The position numbers were made by a program, and so were the translations under genes. From NCBI GenBank assembly GCA_000708835.1, contig DF237066.1, forward strand, positions 126,856-190,855: a stretch of DNA of 64,000 nt, given 5' to 3'. This DNA is from Klebsormidium nitens. Taxonomy: Eukaryota; Plantae; Klebsormidiophyceae. How positions within the stretch are numbered: position 1 is the stretch's first letter; each line of letters begins with the position of its first letter. Below, one piece after another: positions 11,000-21,000 of this stretch. The notes under the pieces are model-generated. The model was not told the origin of the DNA, ran no database searches, and saw nothing but the letters and a program-made list of their open reading frames with translations.

Positions 11000-13672
11000 C
11001 ACGCCAGGTGAAACGGTGGTACGACGGAACTAGTGGGCAGGATGCAAAACGAAGGGAAGGTTTTGGTCCACCTCTTTGCGGAACAATCAGGAGACGTGAA
11101 AGCTCATTGCAAAGGATCGGGGCCTCTGCAATCTCAGAAGTGCTTGAATCGGCTATGCTGAAACGTTCGCGGGGGTTTCGTCCGTGAAATTGAAGCACGG
11201 AAAGTAAAAGAAGCTTAGTATAAATCCTCGTCCTTTGTGTCGCTCAGAACGACTTGGATCGAAGCACGCCAGCAAACCCGTACGATGGCGGATCTGATCT
11301 GCTCCACACCTGAACGAAAAAGTTTCAAAAAGTATCTGTCTGTGATACCTAATTCAAAAGGGTCGTCCGCAAATTCTAGCGACAGGATATGCTTACAACG
11401 AAAGTATCTTCCTTCTCGCACTCCTGCCCCGAAGTGGAACGCAACGGGCTGAAGAAGTGACGCAAGTACTTGCCAGTCAGGAGGGCGGGAGCCTCCACTT
11501 CTCCATGTAGGGGGCTGCTTTCAGGGCCGTTTCTTGAATTGTCGAAGTCCCTTCTAGCCGACGGCGGAGTGGGAATCTTGGACACGGACAATATTGCCTC
11601 CGGATGCGCCTGTCCAGCGTCCGAATCGTCACTCAAAAGGTCTGCTAAACCCACCTCCGGACCGGGGCTTCGGGGACTCAGCGAAGACCTTCCAGCGGGG
11701 GGCGGCTCACTCCCCCCCTGAGAATTTTTCGGTCAGAAGGTTTGCCAAACCGAGTTCGGAGCCCAAGGTCCGGGGACTTAGAGACGCTCTTTCGGGAGCA
11801 ACACCTCCGCCCAGTTTGTATTTTCCGAAAAGATTGCTCCTTCCAAGCGTCGGGCAACGAGAGGTGGCGTCCTTACGATGACGACGACAGGTTTCGACGC
11901 TTCAGGAGTGGCCGGGTTGAGGCCGCGCTCGGCACCGAAAGTGGCGAGGGGCGTCCTGCCGAGCTGCGCCGCCCGCCGGAAGGCCCCGGGGGATCCCCCT
12001 GGGGCATCAGTCACCCCATGCGGAGTCCGGTCAAAGTCCTCGGGTTCCTAAAGCGGTGAGCCCAGCCCCTTAACCGGCCACTAGTCCACCGATTGCATCA
12101 GCTTGGCGTTTCTCCCATTATCTGCCGCGGCTGCATCCCTGTAGACCCTCAGGGGGATCTTCTGGTGACGTCGCAGCTGGGGGCATCTTTCGTGACGTCA
12201 AGAGTGGACTGGCTTCATCCTCTCCCGGAAGCGCGTGAATGGGGGATCCCCTGAATGGGCTGCCACCCCTCGCCGGACGGCCACTCCGCAAACGCGAGCA
12301 CCGCCGGCGCCCGCTTCTTTGAAGTTGGACGCCCAGAGGTGCTGACGTTACCGCTGGCATCAGCTGCCACGTCACCAAGTTTCGAACGCTTCGGCGGGAG
12401 CTTTGGCAATTCTGCGCTCGGAATGGGACGGGTAGGTGCAAGCGCTCCGGTGAGGGGGTGATGCAAGAGGAGCTTGGCGAGGGGAGGGGCTTTGGAAGTC
12501 GGCCGGGGGGGTGAGCCGTCAGGCGTTTTGGGCCCCCGGAAGAGCGCTGGGAGTTCCGGATAAGAGAGCGGCCCTGAAGGCGGATTGCGTCGACAGCCTG
12601 TAGATCTTCTACATCTCAGCAAGTGACCGAAGGAAAGACATCGAAAACGGCCAGCAAAAAGCTCAAAGCCGTACGAAGGGCGGGTGCGTGCCGAGGGATC
12701 CCCCGAGAAGGAGCGCCTGTCGCTCATTAACCGCGTTCATTTCGATCGGCTGAAATCGGGCCTTTTTCTTTTTGGATGGTCTTTTAAAGAACGGACGTCC
12801 CCATCTTGCTACCCACAGCTTTTAACGATCGTACGGACAGCTTCGCTTCGTCCGCCGGTTGCACATCTTTCCTCCCTATTTTCTTGTCTCGCTCAGAAGC
12901 ACGCTTCATGTTTTTCCTTCATCTGTTTGAAGTCGCCGGCAACGAGCTCGTCAATCCTTCTTCTTTTGGATGAAGTTTCTAAGTTTGGGTCTTCTCCGCT
13001 CCTTCTTGTCGTTCTCCTAAGCTCAGAATGCAGCGGACGTCTCGAGCTCTGGAGCTGTTGATCACGAGCAAATGTCACTTTTAAGAAGAGCTGAGGAGTT
13101 TTCAAGCTGGCGCTGCTTCGCTCCAGAGTCACCCATCGTGTTAGGCCAGTCGGAGAAGGGGCTTTTACCATCTACCCTGCCTATGCTGCTTTCTGAGTTC
13201 TTTGACCTGAGTCTCTCCTTTCACTCATCCACTCTCTCTTCTTTATATCAACTCGCGGCCTCTTTCCTCTAAGCTGTACCCTCCTCTAGCCCAACGGTCT
13301 TCTTTTCCTTCTGATTCGTCAAAGATACGAGCAGTATCCCTAATTGCTCCGGGATACTAAGGCAAGCCTCAGTATCCCGACCCTCCTTGCGATACCTTCT
13401 CCTTCTCGCCCGATCACTCCTGTTTCTCGTTGGCTCACCTGACCGATGTCTTCCAGATGCTCTTTTTCGATCCGCCCCGATCCTCCACCTAAGTAATTAA
13501 CCCAAAGTCGTCTTCTGCAAGCAGCGAGAAAACTGAAGAGGCGTGGGTGCATTGACGTCGTCACAAGCAAGCGGTCTCTCAACAGCTGGCCCTTATCGAG
13601 GTGTTCCTTCGCAGCTTTCTTCCTAGACGGCTTTGACAACCAGAGCTCAAAACTTCCTCCCCCGCACATCAC
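11000..13672 (-). pseudogene. Degenerate coding-like relic with frameshifts and stops; possibly from a TE or virus; family unrecognised
   Basis: Consecutive protein-like fragments on the minus strand (KKAAKEHLDKGQLLRDRLL..., KRRRIDELVAGDFKQMKEKHEACF*, Pro-rich 12215-12727, GVEQIRSAIVRVCWRASIQVVL). No splice signals join them and I recognise no RT, integrase or transposase motif. Confidence 0.25.
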
Positions 13673-14632
13673 CAGACGAACTTGGTACGTACCCTCTTAG
13701 AGGCACGAAGGGACGTTCGGAGTCGACTTGCGGAAGTACCGACTCCGGTCTCCTTTTCAGTTACCGTTTGCACCAAGTCGTAACAGCTGCAAGTCGTCAA
13801 AACTATTGCCTGCTACGTACTAATTATTGTCCTCTGGATTGAAGAATGTATGTAGAAAGTAGTGACGTAGAGCAATCGCACGACTGGACGAAAATGATGG
13901 CGTAAGCACTCTGACAACTTCGACCAATGCAAAGTGTCCAATCATGGTGCGTGAAAGTCGCATGCATATGCACCACATCGGACATCCGATCTGGCAATCT
14001 CACCAGTTACGGTGCGACACATGCAAACTTGTGATATGCAGACCGAATCAAGCGGTCGAGCATTAGCTACCGTCAACTGGCTGGCGGCCGCGGTCGGAAC
14101 ATCTATGTTGATCTAAGTTAAGCGTGGGTTATTCACATGCACTGACAGCTGGCAAACAGCTAGCCAACAGTCCGCTGCACTGTTCAACTGCACATGCAGA
14201 CCTGGAGTATTTTCCAAGAGGTTCCAGAGCTCTATCTTGCAATGGTCGCGGCAGTGGACATTCTGAGTCGGCACATCATATAGTTTCAAACCCAGAAGTA
14301 TCCGTATAATGCGCGCGGCATGACGGCGTTGGCGCCTACCAGCTCATGCTGGCCGCCTCTTGCAAAAGAATGGCAGCCCGGCTGGTAGTACACATGACTT
14401 ATACATGATGCTTGTGCAAGGCTGAATGACAGTTGCAAACTAGCAGCTAGCAGGGCAACAATTGGCAAGTTCGAATTCAACTAGTTGCTTTGACTGCAGG
14501 TGTATACAAGCCCTATACAGGAGTAGTTGAATGCTGTGTACTAGAGGTCATTTGGAAGAACGGGTCAGCGCATTGCAATTCGAGTATAACAACCGAGTTG
14601 CTGGAGGGTTTTTTATAGCCTGAAGTATCACC

Positions 14633-15703
14633 TTAAGGTCCGGAATCAGAGATTGCCATCTCGCAATCAGACCTTCGAACTCCGTTTGTCGACCAATGCT
14701 GCCATTCCGTCTGGCCTTGTCCTAAGCAGCACAAGTTTCCTTGGACCCACTGTCCAGAGATGCGTTCCAGTCTGATATCTTCTTTGGAGGAGACATAGAC
14801 TATCGAAAACAACAAGGGGACAAAGAACCAGATACCTCCATACTTGGCTAGCAAGTCGACGAGATTGACGGGGTCACGCTGACTTATGATCTGGACGCCT
14901 GCGTTGTCTAAACTTACGCTCACATACGTTTCTGAGTCCAAAGGGCCATCCGCACTTCTTTGTCCGGTAATAGCTCTGAACGTCCTGTATGGAGCTTGCC
15001 CAAGGTTGTTGAATTGGTAAGGCGACAAGTAAAGCTGGCTCACAGCTGCGCTGACGACCGAGCTTGGCTGTAGATCCCCACCCCGAGCACCTTTGCCCAA
15101 CCCTCTCACAGCAACGTATCCGCCTACATTGCTTCTAACCGAGTCAGAGTAGGATGCATCAATAAGGACGCCATCAGAGAAATTCCCCTTGTACGTAAAG
15201 TCCCCCGTGTAAAACAGGATTTGCAAAACCCCGTCGACATAGCCGTACTCAATCCTACAAAAAGACTCCCGCTGTTGCGGACCGTCGTCAACCCTGCCGT
15301 ACTGAGTAGCATTGTAGCCGTAGAGAAGCTTGAAGGGGGGAGTGCCCCCGCCGACCCATTGTGGGACGTCTCCCCTCAAAGAAGACCATGGGGCAGAAAG
15401 GACGGGAATGGCTGTGTTGTTTGTGTAGAAAATTGTTGGCATAGCTGGGACGTTCAAGCTATTGATTCCGCAACGTGCAAACTTCTGCGAGCTTGTGCTG
15501 AACAAGTCGTTCACAAAGGCCAGGTCTGGCAAGGCCACCGGGGTTTTCCTATCGAACCGAATAGAGGTTGGAGGCTCGTCCCTGGCCCGGAATGCTTGAA
15601 CGGTCGCCACAGTGCAATAGCTGAGGTAAAGCACCATCAGCATGCTGAAAAGGAACCATGCTCCACGCCTGTTTGGCACTGTCACGTTCCAGGGGAATGC
15701 CAT
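14633..15703 (-). CDS. Intronless ~356-aa two-TM membrane protein, PAC(TMEM206)/DEG-ENaC-like (paralogue B)
   Basis: ATG at 15703 (MAFPWNV...). TM1 is followed by ATVQAFRARDEPPTSIRFDRKTPVALPDLAF. Pre-TM2/TM2 reads YVSVSLDNAGVQIISQRDPVNLVDLLAKYGGIWFFVPLLFSIVY. Homologous by eye to 1856-3295. Confidence 0.75.
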   Translation of the reverse strand: MAFPWNVTVPNRRGAWFLFSMLMVLYLSYCTVATVQAFRARDEPPTSIRFDRKTPVALPDLAFVNDLFSTSSQKFARCGINSLNVPAMPTIFYTNNTAIPVLSAPWSSLRGDVPQWVGGGTPPFKLLYGYNATQYGRVDDGPQQRESFCRIEYGYVDGVLQILFYTGDFTYKGNFSDGVLIDASYSDSVRSNVGGYVAVRGLGKGARGGDLQPSSVVSAAVSQLYLSPYQFNNLGQAPYRTFRAITGQRSADGPLDSETYVSVSLDNAGVQIISQRDPVNLVDLLAKYGGIWFFVPLLFSIVYVSSKEDIRLERISGQWVQGNLCCLGQGQTEWQHWSTNGVRRSDCEMAISDSGP

Positions 15704-16274
15704 TACACCAGGAAAGCAACGTCTTCCAGGCGTGCGCGTCTTCCCTCCCTCTCCTCGTTTGAACAAAGTCCGGAGGATGTCCCAGGGATGTCCCAGGACC
15801 TCTGATCAAAACTAGAGCACGCCTCTTCTGGTTTCTGCAGCAATGCACCGTTGTTGCTACTGGGAATGCTCTTACAGCTCCCCACATTCAAAACTTTCCT
15901 TCCCGCTGCTTCTCAGGCTGGCTCGCGCGTATACTTTTCAACCAAGCTCCGGAATGAGCTCGCATCATAAGCTCAGATGCTGATGACGCTATTCAAAGCT
16001 GCCCCATGAGGCCCTGAGGCAGTCACTGCTTTCAACCTCCCTTTCACTGTTTCAGGTTCAAGAAAGCCTCCCTCTATCTATGTGAGAGGATGAACCCCCA
16101 CGTCTAGGCGCCAGCCTGGAAAGCTGCGCATGAGGTGCGCCTGAGCGAGTCAGATAGTACCTACCTAGTGACATAGGTACTGATCACATTGAACTCTTTC
16201 AAATACCTGAAGCCCTATAGAACAATTGTATAGGTAGATCATGGCACATGCGATCTCAGATGCTCTCAGTTATT

Positions 16275-16660
16275 GCCATTGGGGGTTCCATTGGACACCC
16301 CGAGGATCGCAGTTGGGTGTCCCGGGTGCCCTACGCCCGAGGCCACGCGCCTTTGACAGCGAATAGTCGCCCCAGCTACCGGCCGATTGCACCAAGTCTA
16401 GCCCCATGAAACGTTTGAAATATGCGGTAACCGCAACACCGGTGTCCCGACCAACAAAACATCAAAACCGCCAATTATGCAGAGCCTAACGAACACTACA
16501 AGTTAGTGTGGAAATCATCTGCCGAAGGACACGGTCGAATTTTGTCTTATATTTGTGATCATTTAGCTTATTGAACCGATTTGTCCCCCCTAAAGCTATG
16601 CAAGTGTATAGATGCTCAACCATCAGTCAAGCGATTGGTGTCTCTGGGACCCCCCAATGC
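16275..16660. mobile_element. Putative MITE/foldback element with imperfect ~25-bp inverted ends and GGACACCC/GGGTGTCC hairpins
   Basis: gccattgggggttccattggacacc at 16275 matches the reverse complement of the 16637-16660 region, gcattggggggtcccagagacacc. A perfect hairpin gggtgtcc-ttt-ggacaccc lies just beyond the right end (~16669-16687). No TSD found. Confidence 0.4.
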
Positions 16661-18050
16661 TCTTCAATGGGTGTCCTTTGGACACCCCGGCAACCCCCTT
16701 TGGGGGTCAGGTTCGGTCTTTAGGTGTCTTATAAGTTATGACCACATTAGGGAACACCCAGTGTCAACGCTGCTTACACGTATGATTGAATATGTCGACA
16801 CTGTCACCTGCCTAACCAGACTCAATGATTGCCTCCCTGTTTTCAAATTGGGCCTTGGCATTCAATATCGCGGTAAGGCTCTCTACTCGCGACCCTATTG
16901 ATCCTACCGTTACCGCATACCAAGCAAGTGGCTTTGACACGCTTGTTCGTTAACACACGGATAAATTTAAGCTGTTTCCCGGGTGTAAGGGTGATTCCTA
17001 GCCATAGCCCTATACCGCGTGCCCATGCAAAGTTCAAACCTCTAGATGCAAGTCCATGCCGAAACGTACTGGCCCGAAACCATCCGCGGATTCTAATTTT
17101 CGATTGCACATCTCTATTCAAACCTCCGGCACTCCCACTGAGCAGCAGTCAAGGGCAACTTAACCCAAAAGGCTGAGCACGGTAGGAATCATGCAATTGG
17201 ACTTCCTGCCTGGCTGGCAATGACCCCATAATTGCAATATCGTCAAGTTGAGATGAGAGAATTTTAGATATATTTCCACCTTCTCGTATCTGAAAGCATG
17301 GCTCAGATCTCACGTACATACATAGAATATCAGCCAACATCTATAATTCTTGAAGCCATCATGGCATCATTGAACAAAGTCAGGCTTGCTTCAGTATTTT
17401 ATTCAATCAGGGTGAGTTCCATGTCAGATATATATTCTCTAACACAGCCTTCGTTAGTCATCTCAGTGTACACATGTTGCCAGGAGGACATATATTGGAT
17501 GCAAAATAGTTTCACGCGTCCAAGGAATACGAGTGGAATAGTAAAGTAAGCTGCGTCGGATGGCTTGTATATGTTTTCTTTCTTCTCCGGGTCAGCCGAT
17601 TCATTAGTAGCCTGTCCTGGCGTCAGACGAGCATGAGTACGAGCCTACATGAGTATACACGTACGTCTGCGAAGTTCGACTCGATGCCCTTGATGAAGCT
17701 GCAGAAAGTACCGTACCAAAACGTAACATGGCCTTGAATTATCAAGGAAGTGTCAGTTTGAATTCTGGTATTTGTCCGGTTGCTCAACCGCCCAGCTTGG
17801 CACAAACTCTATAATCCGATCGTCAAAATGCTGAACTGCGTGTGGTTGCAAGTTGAAAAATGAGCCGCCGAATCGTAGCCCAGGACTCGGGTCGATCAAA
17901 CGTGCTGTGCACGGTGGATGTGATACTGCAACCTCATTTTGACACGCGGTCAACACATTCATTCCACACTCGTTTCAGATGAGACTCTTCCGCCACCCGC
18001 CTGGTTCGACAAGTCCCGCAGCCACCAACGCGCTGTGTGCAAAAAGTCCC

Positions 18051-21000
18051 TCAACTTCCAAACGACTTCTCAGATCCTCCTAAACTTAGTTTCTCTGCTT
18101 CTTTTCGCAGATCTTCCCAGATGACCTTTCGTTTCAGCTCCAAGTCCTCTGGCCACTCGTCCCGGTAGTTGGCCGGGTAATTGTGGCGCCGATAACTAAA
18201 GTCCTTGAAAAGGTCTTCCCGCCACGACTCGAACATCGGAGTGCCGGTCCACTCGCACAACCGGGCGAGATAGTCGAACTGAGGCAAGACAGCGGGGGCA
18301 AACCAGATTAGACCGAAGTCTCTTGCGAGAAGCAAGAAACACGTTAACGACGTGGAGGAGCAACAGTCCCACTCTTCGAGGGCGAACAGCAAGCAGGTGG
18401 CGCACTTTGCAGGTCGCCAATTTACGCTTTAAACGGTAACCGAGCGCATGCTGTCTTCAAGACCCGTTGCAGGGCAGCGCACAAGACAGCCACGAGAAAC
18501 AAAGAGAAGCGAATGAGGTCACGCCTCGCAAAGCTGAAGGCATCTGGAGTTTTGGGGTTGTAGGGTTTCACGTGTACAGTTCTGCGGAGTTGGCGTTTGC
18601 GGCCCCCGAGCGCTTCCATCTGACAGAGAAACCTTTGCACTGGACCGGCAAATACGCACGCCCGAGTGATGGATTTGACGCGGAGCGTATGACCATTGTC
18701 TTTGCTCAGGGACTAAACTGCAACCGCGGTCGGAACGAGGGGTCCAATCTAAACCAGAAAGAAGAGAACATATATTGGACACAGGAACGGCATTTGAACT
18801 GTCAGCGAAAACGGAGACGGGAAAGTGGGACGATTGAAAAACTCGTCCCAGCAACCCCCGGGCTTTTCGTCCCCTCTCTTTCAATTGTCTCCTTTCCCTT
18901 CTTATTTCGTTTCTGGTTGACATTTCAGGTTAGAACTTTAGAAATGAGGATTTCGAATGCTCACCCCCGTTCTGCTCATCTCGTGCGTATACCCAGGGGT
19001 CACCCCCCCGCCTTGAGCCCGTCACCAAATCCGTGCGGCAAAAAATCAGCACAACGTATCATGAATGAAGGTTTCGTAACTTATCCTGTTCTGCTCATCT
19101 CGTGCGTGTACCAAACCGCCACCCCCGGCCATGAGCTACTCGTAGAAGCCGTCAATGTTTGGGCATATGTGAATAGGTCCAACTGATAATCACGGATAGA
19201 AAGTTTTGAAAACAACGTAAACCAACTAGAATCTGCACAACTCACCCCCGTTCTGCTCATCTCGTGCGTGTACCGCACGGGAACCCCGCCCGCCTTGAGC
19301 CCCTCGTAGAAGCCGTCGATCCATTTGTGCATTGCAGCCTCGCTCGGTAGCACCGCACGCCCCGATAGGCACTGCGCCACCCACCGGGTCGTTAACTCGA
19401 ACATAGGCAACGGGGACACCTGGTGACGTCAGAAGAAACAAGGAGTGAGTCAGGAGCTAAATGTATGACGTCAGCAGAGGTCGATTCGAAACTGTCCGCC
19501 TCGCTCGGCAGCGCCGCACGCCCCGACAGACACTGCGCCACTCCCGGGTCGTCAACTCGAACATCGGCAGCGGGGATACCTGGTGACGTCACAAAGGCAA
19601 CAAGTGGCGTCAGAAGCGAAGTGCGTATAAAGGTGTTCTGTAAACGTGAAGCGAAAAAGGAGCAGTGCGGGTCGCACCGACAAACGATGTGCCGCCTACC
19701 GGGCCACCTCGAAGATCGGCAGCGGAGAGACCTGGTGACGTCATAGACACAGGGAAGTTACGAAGTGTATGGTGTCAGCGGGAGTTGAGTTCATAAAAGG
19801 CGCAAACGAAAGAGCACTGCCGCTCGCCCGCATGGACGCTGCGCCAACCACCAGGCCGCCAACCCGAACATCGGCACCTGATTACGGCAAAAGGGACAGG
19901 AGGTCACATCAGAAGCGAGATGTATGACATCAGCAGAAATCTAGTGGTATTGCCCGCCTCGCTCGGCCGTGCCGCCCGCCAAACAGACGCTGCGCCACCC
20001 TCCGTGTCGTCCACTCGAACATTGGCGGCGGAACACCTGGTGACGGCAGAGATGACGTGTTTGACGTCAGCGTATGCAAGGTATGGTAGAAGACGTGAAG
20101 GGAAAACCAAACTGCGCCGCCCGCTGCGACAAACACTGTGCAATATCAACTCAAGTTTCGACAGCGAGAATATTTGTTGAGGTCACAGGCACAGGAAGTG
20201 GCGTCCATAACACAGCGTATAATGGTATCCAAGGTCAGTGTGTGAATGGCGCTAACGAAAGAGCTCAGCCTCCCATCTTGCGCCGCCCTGCCAGCCGACC
20301 AGCTCGATAATCTGCAGTGACGTCACGATACCTGTGACGTCACGCCCATGGAAGGTGGAAGATAAATGCACAACCTGCACTCAAAACAGGCTGTTTGTTG
20401 GCTCTCGAAGCGAACGAAACAGCGGTGCGGCCGGAAGGACGAACATTACGCCGTCCGCTGGCCACTTAGTTGAGTCGGAGTGAGGACGCTTCACGCGTCA
20501 CACAGAGAAGAAAATGACGTCAGAATGGAGCGAATGATGTCAGGCATGCGGTTGCTCGAGCAACGGCACGGCTGCCATGGCTGTATGGAGCGATGCTTTT
20601 AGAGTACTTTATGAGCGCCGATCGTTTCAAAAAGAGCCAGTGCTATATACAGCAGGACAAGCTCGAACGACGACAGCAGGGAAGCCTGATTCAGTCACAG
20701 ACCAAGAAAGTCGCGGATATACCACTCTTCTCAGCGAAAGATTTGAGACGCAATCTTCATTGAAGATAAGACAGCTGGCACTCAACATAGCCAGGGAATT
20801 AGTGAACATGCAGATGCTCGCAGTTCAGAATGTAAAGAGCGACTCTTTCTCGAGGTTTTCGAGAGTAAAAGTACAGGTCCTGAAGAGAGGAGAGGAGGTC
20901 CTGAAGTCAACCCTCGTCCCTTAGTTGCATTCACGTGCTCAGAGCACAAAGTTCACCCTTATCTCTGCAGAACGAAAACTCTGTACAAATCGAAAAGCAA

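Noticed and set aside
15221-15805. 194-aa + strand ORF
   Set aside because: Antisense shadow of the channel-like gene on the minus strand.
16843-17549. AT-richer segment with short ORFs containing CLVC
   Set aside because: A single CxxC without a supporting zinc-finger or transposase context.
18955-20330. Regularly spaced repeats as a CRISPR array
   Set aside because: The units are degenerate copies of an exon junction in a eukaryotic intron. There is no invariant repeat with unique spacers and no cas gene.
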